Assembly: GCF_009914755.1 (NCBI RefSeq)
Contig: NC_060930.1
DNA from: the human T2T-CHM13v2.0 reference genome, Homo sapiens
DNA length: 64,000 nt
Reading direction: 5' to 3' (one strand)
The translations under genes were made by a program, and so were the position numbers. The notes below the pieces were generated by a model. That model saw nothing but the letters and a program-made list of their open reading frames with translations. It was not told the DNA's origin and searched no databases. Positions 12,749 to 25,729 of this stretch are shown one piece after another (within the stretch, counting starts at the first letter, position 1; each line of letters opens with the position of its first letter).

Positions 12749-12935
12749 CAGCCTTCATTTCTGTCTCCTCACTCAATATCTTCGTAGCTTTCATTGGTAA
12801 CTTGAGCATCATATAATCTTGGCAAATTGTGGATTGGGCTCACCTATATCCTGATTCTCTACTTCCTCTGAATGTGCTCTTCCCTTCATCTACCCATTAT
12901 TCCAGACAGTGCTTAGTGGCAGGTTTACTGCTTAA

Positions 12936-13640
<705 letters not shown>

Positions 13641-14214
13641 CTCTTATAGATATAACCCAAGTCTGGGATTCAAAGGGCAAATATTTTCATGTGTGTGTGT
13701 GCATATGGACGTGTGTTTGTATGCTGATAAATTATAATTTTCTATTAAGATCCTCAAGAGTTGTTTTTATTGCATGAAAACACAAGTCACTCAGCATTCT
13801 CAGGGGAATCTCTAGGCTCTGCTCTGGGTTGTGGCTGGATTCTCTGGACTTATTCTTTTATAAAGATGCTTTTTGCAAAAGGAAATTCATCAGGTCTTAA
13901 ACCATTTTGCAATCAGGTAGTGTTCCAGGCTTTGGAAACCCTCTCTAAGAGGCATATGATGGAGAAAGAAATAGAGAGAACATATATCTCCTCTGGGCAT
14001 TATCTTTAGTGTGTCCTGGAGAGATGAACATCCAAAGAAGGAATACTTTTCATTCAAGCCAAACAAAATTTATACAAGAGTCTTCTTTCCATTGCAAACG
14101 CCTAGTCAGAGTAGGGTGGCTCCGGGCTTCTGCCAATTAGACCTTGGACTGGGCCTTGTTTAGACACAGTTCCTGAGTCCCAGGAAATACAGCACTTACT
14201 TTTGGCATAGCCAA

Positions 14215-14667
14215 ATACGTGAGTTAGAGTAGCGGCAGCTGTTGTTACAAATATTAATATATCCCACAATGTATACCACCTCAAATGCAACAGAAGTTTA
14301 TTTATTGCTAAGGTAGCAGTCCAAAGCAGAGGTTCCTTGTTGTTTGGTGTCTCTTTCATGAAATGATTCTGGCTCAGGCTTCCCCCATCCTGGGGCTCTG
14401 TCAACAGCTAGGGGTTGGCATCTTCTGCATCCAACCGGTGGATGGGAAAGAGGGAGTGATGGTACAAGAATTGCTTGAAAGCCTTTGACTGGAAATGACA
14501 CACATCATTTCTGTTCATATTATATTGTCTCTAGATGCAAGAGGGTTAGGAAAGTAGTCCTTGATTGGGCAGCTGCTTCCCAGCTGCCAGAGACAACTCA
14601 CAACTCTGTACCATAAAAGAGAGATTCTGAATTTTGGGTTTGGTTAGCCACCAAAGTTGCTTTGCCA
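14215..14667 (-). mobile_element. MLT1 (MLT1I-like) MaLR solo LTR
   Basis: AGAAGTTTATTTATTGCT (AATAAA on minus strand), GGAAATGACACACATCATTTCT and TGGGCAGCTGCTTCCCAG motifs. Confidence 0.7.
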
Positions 14668-14825
14668 CTTTTCTTGCATCATCCGTCATGCAATGGCCTA
14701 GATGCCCATCTTGTGTCAAATGGTTTTCTGCTGCTCACTGCACACCACTCATCTCAGTGCTGTTGAACTAACTGAAGCAACCTTTGCTTCCCATTAGGTA
14801 ATTGGTAGGCACCACAGCATGCTCC

Positions 14826-15565
14826 TGAAACAGGAGAGTTACCTAACTTCCCTAACAAGGTGTGGCTCATCTGTTCGGCTGCCATGTGCTCAAACCCTTT
14901 ATGGGAGGGGGAGCACGTAGATGGGCAGGTGCAGGAGCCAGGGCGAGTGCTTTTGGGCTCTGGCCCCATGGTAGTGTCTAGGGGTGGGTGCCTGTGACTC
15001 CCAAAGCCCCAGTGGGTGTGTTACAGTACTCTTTTAGCTCTGCCATCCACAGATGGCTAAAGTGTTAACCAACTCAGTGCCCGCTCAGTACCCGAGTTTT
15101 TGTCTGGTGTCCAGGAAGAATCAGGTCACAGTGACAAATTGAAGGATGGTAAATGCGGGGGGTTTTATCGCTGGATGGAGGTGGCCCTCAGTGGGATGGA
15201 TGTGAAGCTGGAAAGGGGATGGGGTGGGAAGATGATCTTCCCCTGGAGTTTGGCCACCCCATGGCCTATCTCCTCTCTGACCATCCCCAGCCAAACTCCT
15301 CTTGATGTTCAGACGCTCCTTCTCTTCTCTCCTTCTCTGCCATACCACGCTGCCACTCTCTGTTCTCCTGCTTGTAGAGCATGAGGTTTGGGGTTTATAT
15401 GGGTACAAGATAGAGGGGGCATCGTGGGCCAAAAGGCAACATTGGGGCACAAAAACAGGAATGCCTGTTCCCATTTAAGGCTGTGGGTTTCCAGGCTTGA
15501 GGGTGGGGCCTTTGCTGGGTAACTGCCCTCTTCTACCCAGTATCTCCCTACCTCCTTCCATGTCA
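14826..15565 (-). mobile_element. MER50-family ERV1 solo LTR
   Basis: Minus strand begins TGACATGGAAGGAGGTAGGGAGATACTGGGTAGAAGAGGGCAG and ends AACTCTCCTGTTTCA. 4-bp TSD CTCC (14822-14825, 15566-15569). Confidence 0.92.
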
Positions 15566-15946
15566 CTCCCAGCTGTCTCTGCCTGTCTTAGGCAGGAGCA
15601 GGACAAGCTGACCTCTCCAACAGGTACTTAACAGCAGAGTGTGGGGAGCCCTGGCTGGGGACCTGATGGTGCAGTTCTAACTCTCACACCAGGCATAGCT
15701 CATCCCACCCCTTCCCACAGAGGGCATAGCACATGCTGTGTCTTTGGTTCTCTTTGTCTCAGATGGTGAGGTGGGACACTTTTCAGTGAATTCCAGGTAA
15801 GCTCGTGGTGCTTCATATAAAACAATTGCCTTGGCAGAAGGCCTCTGTGTCTCCTTCACTGATAGCTCTCAGCTGTAGGCCTCTTGGTCCTGGGGTTTTC
15901 TTAAGCAAACTGCCTTACCCCTGAGCATATGTGAAAATGGTCCTGG

Positions 15947-16812
15947 TGTAACTGCCCAACAGTTTCTCCTTGCCCACTGCCCAGACAGAGCCGTTTTCTT
16001 TAGACAGGTGAATTGCAATAGAAAGAGTTTAATTCATGCAGAACTGGCTGTATGGGAGGCTGGAGTTTTATTATTATTCAAATCAGTCTCCCCTAAAACT
16101 TGGGGGTTGAGGTTTTTAAGGATAATTTGGTGGGAAGGGGGTCTGAAAGTGGGGAGTGCTGATTGGTCAGGTGGGAAATGAAATCATAGGGAGTCGAAGC
16201 TGTCCTCCAGTGCTGAGTCAGTTGCTGGGTGGGGGCCACAAGGCCAGATGAGCCAGTTTATTGATCTGGGTGGTGGCAGCTGATCCATCAAGTACAGAGT
16301 CTGCAAAATATCTCAAGCACTGATCTTAGGTTTTACAATAGTAATGTTATCCCCAGGAGCAATTTGGGGCGGTTCATAATCTTGCAGCCTTCAGCTGCTT
16401 GACTCCTAAAGTATAATTTCTAATCTTGTGGCTAATTTGTTAGTCCTGCAAAGGCAGTCTAGTCCCCTGGCTAGAAGGGGGTTTATTTCAGAAAGGGCTG
16501 TTATCTTTGTTTCAAAGATATGGCTGGGTGCAGTGGCTCACGTCTATAATCCCAGCACTTTGGGAAGCCGAGGTGGGCGGATCACGAGGTCAGGAGTTCA
16601 AGATCAGCCTGGCCAACATGGTGAAACGCTATCTCTACTAAAAATACAAAAATTAGCTGGGCGTGGTGGTGTGTGCCTGTAATCCCAGCTACTTGGGAGG
16701 CTAGGAATAAACAAGGACAGTTTGGAGGTTAAAAGCAAGATGGAGTCGGTTAGGTTAGATCTCTTTCACTGTCATAATTGTCTCAGGTATAATTTTTGCA
16801 AAGGTGGTTTCA
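15947..16812 (-). mobile_element. LTR8-family (HUERS-P1) solo LTR, interrupted by an Alu
   Basis: Minus strand begins TGAAACCACCTTTGCAAAAATTATA...GACAGTGAAAGAGATCTAACCTAACCGACTCCATCTTGCT and ends GGGCAGTTACA. Confidence 0.92.
16522..16702 (+). mobile_element. AluSg-like, lacking 3' end and poly(A)
   Basis: GGATCACGAGGTCAGGAGTTC. It stops at GGGAGGCT and joins LTR8 directly. Confidence 0.92.
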
Positions 16813-17643
16813 GTTGGGCCTCTGATCCTGATCTCTTTCTCCTTGGTCTCTTCAGGCATCATCCTCTTTTACAATTGTTGGAAATCACAGCTTATAGCCT
16901 ACCTTGGAGTTAAAAATATGTTTAATTTGATTAAATTTCAAGGTTTTCTTGCAAAAGGGAAGTGTTACATGTTACAGAAAAGAAAACATTTCATAAGAAT
17001 TTTATTGAGCAAGTACCATGTACTGTGTACCATGAAAGGGACTTTGAGAAACAGGAAGGGACATACATTATGGTCTCTGCTTAGCAAGAACTGCTAATCA
17101 TCCAGGAAACAAAAAATAGTACAGTGAGTAACAAGGCATTAATTCTAGGATATAAACCAGAAATTAGCTGAATTGAGGGGAGATACCTTTGTTAAGTATC
17201 CTTCCTGAAACTCTTCTTTGACAGCTTTCATTTGATAAAATCCAAAACTAAGACTGCATTTTGCTTAACCTTTCCAAGTTGGGTTATTTGATTTAAAAAA
17301 AAAAAGAAAGGAGAAAATTTTAAACTGTTGTTATCACTTTATCCTTTAACTTTAAAAAGAGTGCCCATTTTTTTTCAAAGCTGAGAAATTGTACCCACAT
17401 TTAATTTGCACTTAAAATCTTTTTTAGGATTAGAAATATTTATGTAATTCTTGCTCATTGTAAAAATGTTAACAACATTAACACATTTACAGTGAAGGCA
17501 AGTTTTTCTTCTGTGTACCTCAGACCTCCTTGAAGGCAACCACTGTTATCAGTGACTCCTCCACTTCCAGAGGTATTCTGTGAGCCTACATGCTGGGCAT
17601 TTCATTATTTTTCTTCCAACTTCTTCCTCTCCATTTGTTAGAC

Positions 17644-17812
17644 CAGTAGTGCTCAAGTGCTATTGTACAAACACTAGGGGAATTGCTTAGAAATGCAGAT
17701 TTCCTAGTCCTTTTCCCAGAAATTCTGATTTTGTGGGCCTGGGTGAGTTCAAGGAGTCTGTATGAGTAACTGACCAGGTGATTCTGAAGCACACACCCTA
17801 CTTGGAGATACT
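17644..17812. mobile_element. MER5-family MITE
   Basis: CAGTAGTGCTCAAG...TTAGAAATGCAGATT...CCAGGTGATTCTGAAGCA...GAGATACTG. Confidence 0.7.
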
Positions 17813-18189
17813 GTTTTAGAAAATAATTAGGGTCTCACTGCCCTGGGGATGAATCTGGTTGAGGTGTAGGAATCTCTCATAATGCCATGTCTATTTTTCG
17901 AGTCTTTGACCTTTACCGGGGCCACCTTCCCTTTGGTTTCCATGGTGACGCACGGAGGTCTTCCACATGTAATTAGTCTAAGGATCTTGATTCGTTCCAT
18001 CGCCTCTCACTGACCGTTCGAGTGCTGCGCTGCAGTGTTATTAGCAAGGCTGAGAAAACTCAATTTGTTTTCTTTCTTCCTCCACTTATGTGATTATAGT
18101 TAACATCAGTTTTCTTATATCTCTGAGGAATAAGTAACGGTCGCGAAACTGCAGACTTTTGAGAGATGACAGTAACTTAGACATTGTTT

Positions 18190-18310
18190 CAGCCAGTCTT
18201 TAGATGGGAAAACTGAGTCCCAGAGAAATTAAGAAACTTGTCCAAGATAACAAAATAAATTAATGGCAGAGCTGACTAGAAACTTGGTTTACTAACTCTA
18301 CATCTGGTGC
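18190..18310 (-). mobile_element. MIR fragment
   Basis: AGATGGGAAAACTGAGTCCCAGAGAAATTAAGAAACTTGTCCAAGATAACA core. Confidence 0.75.
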
Positions 18311-21199
18311 TTTTTTTCTCATTTTGGTGGCAGCTAAAATCTCAGAGTCTCTGAAAATTATTCAAACAGTTCCTGTTCCCCAGTCCACCTGCCCCCTTGA
18401 AATACATCCTCGGTTCCCTGTTTCCCTAGACCTTTCCTGGGCCACACCAGCCCTGGTTGGTTGTCTTGCTCAGTGCAGTGACAGGGTGAATTATTTCTGC
18501 ATTCTTGAATGTAGCAAAACTTATCTACTTGAACCTCAGGTCACCAAATATAAAGCAATTTTGAACTGAAGGGGTTGTGGATACTTTAAGTCTCTGTGGG
18601 AATACAGGAGCTCACAATTCTTATTCTCAGCTTCCTCAAACAAAGGCTCAAGGAACAGTCCTCATTACTTTTCAGAGGTTGGGGGAGGGTTAAGGTCAGG
18701 AAGAGGTTGCTGAGTTTACAGTCTCATCCTGTCTCCCTCCTCCTATTGACAAGTCATCAGGATGGTTTATAGATTACTGCCTTACTTTAAGGCCTGTTTG
18801 TTGATGTTTGCAGACATTTATCCAATCTCAAGAAACTCAAGGGACCTGATTTCAACTTCAAATTATATATTATCCATATTTGGGATGGAATGGGCAATTT
18901 TAATAGAGAAACCCTATCAATCAGGCCAGGGAATAAATAGGAGGGCTTTGATTTATATACTGTGTTGAAATCATCTATATTGATTTAAAATTTTTAAAGT
19001 TCCTATGAATGTAATATTTTAACCTGAATATGATTCTTAACAATCCCCTCTCCTCAAATTGTATTCTTCTATTTTTTTTAACCTTTGGTGAAATATTAAC
19101 TTACTGTACCATGCATTGATAATGTCCCCAGAGGTTAGCCAGGAGAAATATCAGCGTGTCCTTGGAGAGCTTGTCTATCCTGATGAGAACAAAAATTCTA
19201 GGACAAAAAGGCTCAATTCCTGAAATAATTACAGTAACTTCAGAAAGGAAATTAAGTATCTATTGAAAGATACACTTAGTAGAATAGTGACTTTTCCTAC
19301 ACATTTAAAATTTAGATACTATATTCAGGAAAAGGGAATTTACCAGGGTTTTTGGATGCAAATGATGAGAAATTAGTTAGTATCTGCAAGCCTGTAAGTA
19401 CAATATAGTTTTGTACTTATGTAATTAGAGCTGTTTGTGAATCACTCTAATGTCACGTCTGATAGCTATAGTCCTTCAAAGGGGTATTTACATTAAGCCT
19501 GATGATAGGTACAGGCATGGAGACAATGAAATTCATTTTATCTATTGTAACATGCAGCCAGTAAATTAGCTTCCCTTTAACTTATGCTACGAAATGATGC
19601 TATTTAGTTTATGTGCATTATTCTTGGACTTCTGCATTCCTGGGAAAAGGTTGTCAAAGGTTGTATTAGCTGTGCAGTGAGGCAGCACAGCATGTCCAGG
19701 CACATACTCAGGTTAAAACCCTGCTGTACACATCTGCTGTCATTACCCTTTGCATCTTTGCTGATAATTTTTAAGAACCAAAACTGTATGTTGCTATTTT
19801 TAGTCCACTTACTTTCTGTTGAGGGTGATGGTCATTATTCTGACATTTCGTGACATATATGTCCACCCCCTGCTCCCCTGCATCAAAATAGATATGTTTT
19901 CATACCTACCACACAATCCAGCTGGGCTCAATTTGCATTTAGTTCTCTGGGGAGAGTTAATAATTTTATTTTCAAAAGGTCACTTGCTGACACACAACCT
20001 ATAAAATAGTTAGCTACCCAAGATTCTTTTCACTCATTCCTCAAATACTTGGTTTAGTTTGGTCTTTTTAATTCACTACTGAAAATCCATTGCCTCTAGG
20101 AATTTCAATATTGCATTACAGCATAACAAACTATCCAATATCACTAATGGCCTATTTAGGAATGAAATGCTTTTTTTTTTTCTGGTTTTAAGCAATTTCT
20201 AATTTTGAAGGGGATCAGGCACCATCTACAAGGATAGAGTTAATAGCTCCCTGAAGGGACACATCACTAGCCAGGTCATAAAAATCATGCATGCTTTGCT
20301 CTTTCAGCCATAAGGCAAGAGGAAAACAAATACGCCTATTTTCCCTCTGCATTACCTTTGTGGTCTGAGGATGTTTGAAAAATTACAGCCATTATATTAT
20401 TATTATTATTGTTATTTTTTACAATGTTTCTGAAATATGCATTTTTATTCATGTTTATCTATTTATATCTGGTATTTATCTATTTATGTCCTTTCCTCAA
20501 GAATTTACTCTCTAAGATGTCTTCTTTCAAAATCATATCCAAAACAGAACGCAAGTGCTGGGATGAATATAATATATACCATTTGAGAATTTGCCAGGCG
20601 TAACTATTAACTGGAAGATTCAAGCAAAGAACTAGTTAGTAAGGGAAGAAATTACTCAACATATTTGTTTTGGCTGCTCACATCAATCAGATTTGTGAGA
20701 TAATAGCTTTAATTCCTTGTGATGAAACACACCAATCCTTTTCTGTATTACAAATGTACCCCAGTTTGACTAAGACAAAAATCAATCTAAATGCAGTGCA
20801 TTTGCTTTGTCATTGTAAATGGTGCTTGGGTAATGAGCCCCTCAGGGATGGACGGGAGAGAACAGAGCAGTAGAGGAGGAAACAGGAGTGGGTGGGCTAA
20901 GGGCAAGGTTTATGATCCAACCTAGAAATCAGGAGGGAAGACATTGGGAAAACATTTCAGTATTCGAAGAGAGGGCCAGACAGTGAGGTGAAGAAGACCC
21001 AACAGAACTGGACTTAAGGTGGGGAGGGGGAAAGATGTCATAAAGGTGTTTAGGATGCTCCCCCTATGGGGCTGCAGGCACAGGGAGAGGTGTGTATCGT
21101 TAAGTGGCTGCAGGGAAGCACCTTGGATTCAAATCCAAGGTCTTCACCTGAAACCTAAGCAGATTTGGAAAGAACTTAATTGTTCTTAAGAGGAAAGGA

Positions 21200-21520
21200 G
21201 CTAGTGTTTTTTGAGCTCTTCCAAATGGGCCTGGCCTTCCACAGATGTCATCTCATTTAATTCCGCACAGCATCCCTATGAAGTAAATTACAATAATAAT
21301 AGCTAACATCCTTTACACGCTTAGTATGTGCCTGGCACAGCACACTAAGTGCTCGTTTTGCATTGCCTCTTCCTAACAGCCCTTTCTAATTGAGGAAACA
21401 GATTTGAAGATGGGGGTAATTTACTCAAGGAATTTAAATCCAAATATGTTTGGATCCAGGAGCTGGAATTGACATCCAAATATGTTTGATCCAAAGCCTA
21501 GACTTTCTGGTATACCATGA
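21200..21520 (-). mobile_element. MIR fragments (two)
   Basis: ATCTCATTTAATTCC..CAGCATCCCTATGAAGTA, AATAATAATAGCTAACAT..TATGTGCCTGGCAC and TGAGGAAACAGA. Confidence 0.7.
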
Positions 21521-22701
21521 TGCTTCCTCAGTGAGTGTAAAAACCAATGGAGATGGATAGAGAGCCAGGTTATGTGTCAGTTTGTGACAAGTTGTAGCTG
21601 GTGGGTAAGCTGAGTACCTGCCCTTTACTTGGATAGGCCACGCCTTTTTCTAAATGCCTCACAATGAAGTCAAGGTTATGGTCAAAAGAAGTTTTTAAGG
21701 TGAGGATTTCCATGATTTATGCAGGAGCAAGAACAAGGAGTGGAAATATAGCCAGGGCCCATCCCTATGTTACCATCTAATGGTAAATAACCAAACACAC
21801 AAAAACAAAAGACTCCAGACCCACAAGTCTTTGAGCAGTAGTGAAAGGAATCTCAGGAGAATATGGGAAGGCTTGATCGGATGGTACTTTGGAAACTGTT
21901 ATTTCATTCAGCATCCCACACTGCCTCTGGGCTTCACGACGGCCACTTAAAGAGGAGACAATTCTGCTTTGTAACTGTCGCCAAATGTGAGGAGAGGAGG
22001 GCTTCCTGGAGAATGTCTTTCTCTTGAACTCGAAGGTGGATCTGCTCTCCCCATAGCCTCCACAGGCTACTGCAGCAGTATTTCCTCCCCCAAGGGGAGG
22101 AAAGGTCAAAGAAGCCAAAAATGGGGGGATCAGTAGCTATAGCAACACAGTCCTCTTCCCCACACCATAGATGCCTGTGGGATTAAGAAAAACTTTCATC
22201 ACTGGATTTTCTTGGCTTCTGATGATCCAGGATGTGGTTGTGGTGTGTCTGAGTGTGATTATTTTGAAATTTGAGGTTTAGAACCAGTTACCACCAAGAA
22301 TGCTCAGTGGGTGGCATTGCCTGTGCTCTTTCAGACATAAATGGGAGATGTGAGCTCAGAAAGAAGCTTTTGTATCTAAAATGTATTTTTATGATTAAAT
22401 TATAATTTTTATAAATGAACCTTAGTATCATTAAGCTATATTATCTCATGGCTTTCAGCTAGAATTTTGTGATGTGCTATTAAACAAAAAGCAACCCATA
22501 CATGAAGTCTATAAAATGAACTTGCTAAATTCTGAACTTCAAACAACTTTCTTCTCTTCAAAATGCCCCAATCTTCATGCTATACTTTTAATTTATGATA
22601 AAGACTTTATTATCTTTTATGGTGGAAAAAAGAGGGTAGCATATGAGTTAAGACTTCTGGTTATCTGAGCTTCAAGTCAAGTTAATTCCCCAAACTTCCA
22701 G

Positions 22702-22886
22702 CTGTACCTGATACCCTGTCTGCTACATGAGGCACAAAACTACAAGTGCCCCCTAAGGAATTTAAATGTAAGGAGTTTCAACAACTCCTGAGGAGAGACA
22801 GCATAAGAAGAGGACGTAAAAACCATATCCCATTTCAAAGTGAATTTTCAAAACCCAAAACACTCTAAAACACATCCTGAAACCAG
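22702..22886 (+). ncRNA. Candidate non-coding exon
   Basis: Acceptor TTCCCCAAACTTCCAG at 22701 and consensus donor CAG|GTAAGA at 22886/22887. No transcript evidence available. Confidence 0.25.
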
Positions 22887-24227
22887 GTAAGAAAATAAAG
22901 TTTCAATTCAGAAATAATTAAGATTGAAAATAAACTTGTCCTGGTTAAAGCAAATGACTGGGTTGGCAGAGGAGGGGAATGAACAGCTGTCCAGCTGTTA
23001 CAGGTGTTTAGGAAAATGCGACACAGTAGGACTATGCCCTTGAAGCTGGGCTAGACTCTAGGTTCTTAAGTAGAGTGTCTCCTGTGGCATAATTTTTTGA
23101 TTAGGGTTCAAAAATGGAGCAAAAATTTATTTTGGAGGACAAAAGAAAAACCCGCCTCTAGAATTATCCACGTGGTAAAATGTCAGATATGATGGACAAG
23201 AACAGGAATTTTCTGTTTTGCCACTTTCAGAGTTAATTTTCTTCTTCTTTTGAAATCAGGAGGAATTACAAAAACCTTTTATATCAGATTTGCAAATACC
23301 AATAAATTGCCCACCCCTACTTCTGTCTTTATCAGCTTGCCCTTTTGACAGGCAGCACACAGTAAAATGAATAAATTCAGCACATTTTCCTGTTCACCAA
23401 GCATAAATTATTACTAACTGTGGTGAGAGGCTATTTGAAAAGCTGTTTTATTTGAGAGAGGAGCCTTCTTTTATCTACAGATGATTCTGTTTGAAATCAA
23501 AGTAGATATTGTCTTATCTTTGCGACCTCAGGAAACTGAACTATGATGACGTATTTCCATTCTAAAGAGGGCAATGAGAGGATGCAGGCATAAGCTGAAT
23601 AAACTTGACTAATCTATTCCTGTTCTTGGTTCAGATTCCCAGTCTTTGAAATACTAGGAGAATTACCATAGCATTAGTATGTGATACGACACCATTGCAT
23701 GTTATCTGGATTGTGTTATAACTGGCAGGCTTCAGCTCTGGGTGGAGGGATTGGACTTAGGGGTGAACTCAGAAATCCCTTCCAAGTGAAATGCATTATG
23801 TGTCTCTCATACCATGGCCCTTTAGTAATGGGCTGTTGCTCTGTAATTTTTGCTGGTCTTTCAGCTTTCATGCATTAAGTCATGATTTCCGTCAAAGAAG
23901 CTCTATGATTCTCACACCTGAAAGGATTGTAGCAATTTGATGAAGTATCAGTTTGAAGTAACACTGACAAAAATGTATATCTATCAAATGATTATAGCTT
24001 TTATTCAATGACAAACAGCATGGAAATTCATAAATAGTTTTTATGCAGTAGCACATTTATTCAGTCCTCATTTCATTTGATGCCTGTCTTCTGCCTAGTG
24101 CTTTCAACATAATAAATTGGGCGTTGAACCATGAAGCTGTCATTTAGCATTAACATGTCATATTGTACCGCTTACCATTTTGCTATTTCCTTGATTGATT
24201 TTTCTTTCTATTTATTTTTTATTTCAG

Positions 24228-24360
24228 AAGAGTGCAATGATTTCAGGATCAATGATTTCTGAAAATGAACATTTTTAATAAAGCAGCTCTGGACTGTGAT
24301 TCCTAACTATTGGGGCATTGGCATTAAAGAAAAGAGATTGGACATTTTGAACCTTGTGTG
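24228..24360 (+). ncRNA. Candidate non-coding exon (133 nt)
   Basis: Long U-rich tract ending TTTTTTATTTCAG (24227, NAGNAG CAGAAG) and donor GTG|GTAAGG (24361). Stops in all three frames. Confidence 0.4.
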
Positions 24361-24399
24361 GTAAGGCAAAAAATAACACTGAATCGAAGTGTCTTGGCT

Positions 24400-24560
24400 C
24401 TGAGCAGGGCTGACTCATAACCTTGGCTCTCCAATTCAGAAGGAAGCAGTGTTTTGGGGGGACTGAATCACCGGCCCAGGCGGCACGTGCGTGAGGTTGA
24501 GCAGTGAGACCAACTGCTCGACAAGCCATGTTGGTTGTTCTCTCAGTGAAGTGAAAAGCA
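24400..24560. promoter_or_regulatory. Candidate enhancer: AP-1, E-box/HRE, XRE core
   Basis: TGACTCA 24411-24417, AGGAAG 24441, CACGTG 24484-24489 overlapping GCGTG 24489-24493; local CpG cluster. Confidence 0.4.
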
Positions 24561-24864
24561 TGTGAAAATTGCTCATCCTCACACGTTAGGTCTTAAAATA
24601 GCCTGCGCTGTTGATCCATTTATGAGAAATATGCCACCAGTTTTCTTAGCTCACCTGGGTGAAAGTTCAAATGACCAAAAACCCTGTGTGGTAGAAACAC
24701 ATTTGAAATATAAAACTTTAGGGTCAACTTTGACTGCTCTTCCTTTCCTGCCAGGAAATAATTTCTTCAGTCACCCCCATTTTTGCCCTGAATGCCTCTT
24801 ATGGAAGTGACACCATGACTCTTGTTACCTCTCACCTCATCAATGCCATGGCCATTAAAGGGCA

Positions 24865-25315
24865 TGAAGGGGTTAGGATTCCTCAGTTGCAAGCAACAGA
24901 AACCAATTCTAGGTAATAAAATGGAATTACTGGGAGGACACAGAATCAGCAGGAGGATGGACAGTTGGGCTTGCAAATAGGTAGGAACAGGGCACCTCTG
25001 GAAGGCCAGGAAGCAGGAAGCATAGCATCTGCTTCACACAGGTTGAGTCTGGCTGGGGCCAGGACAACTGTGGCCATGGATGATGTCTAATCATTCCTTC
25101 TGACTTTGCATCATTGGTTTATAGTGTCAAAATGAAACTTTTTGTCCCTGGATATGTTGAGACGGGAAGAAGGAAAATCTGATTCTATGGTTTACTACAC
25201 TCCAGGAATTATCATCCCTCTAACACCACACATGATGGAAAGAGGTAATTATCAAAAAGGAAACTGGAGGGGCATTGGGAAGTGAGAAAGGATGTTGGGT
25301 GACAATTGTCCATGA
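24865..25315 (-). mobile_element. Old MLT1 (MLT1M/N-like) MaLR LTR
   Basis: GTTAGGATTCCTCAGTTGCAAGCAACAGAAACCAATTCTAG start; GAGGTAATT...AAAGGAAACTGGAG near the end. Confidence 0.65.
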
Positions 25316-25729
25316 GAAGACATTTTTCCTCTTCCAACTTTTCATCTCTCCAACTCATTTCAGTTCAATTCAAAAAACATTAAGTTTCAACTTTGCACAA
25401 GGCATTGTTAGATATTGGGCATGTTGAAAAAGAGGTTGTCTACACTTTGCTGTCAGTCATGTTGCATTTAGTGGGGCCATGCACTCTTATGGCTTTTCAT
25501 TGAGGAGTGGAGATGAAGGATTGCCACATCTGGCATGCATTCCATCATTGAAGCCTTCAGTAGAGCTGTGAGCCATGTGAAGCCTTTGATCTCTTCTACA
25601 TTTCTCACCTGCACCTCTCTGGTATTCTTTTGCCTTCTAAGGCTCACTACTCCCTCTGCTTCCCTTTGTGTCTTAGCCTTACTCTTAGCTACCTGCCAAA
25701 CAATATCATTAAGATGTTAGGTGAAAGCA

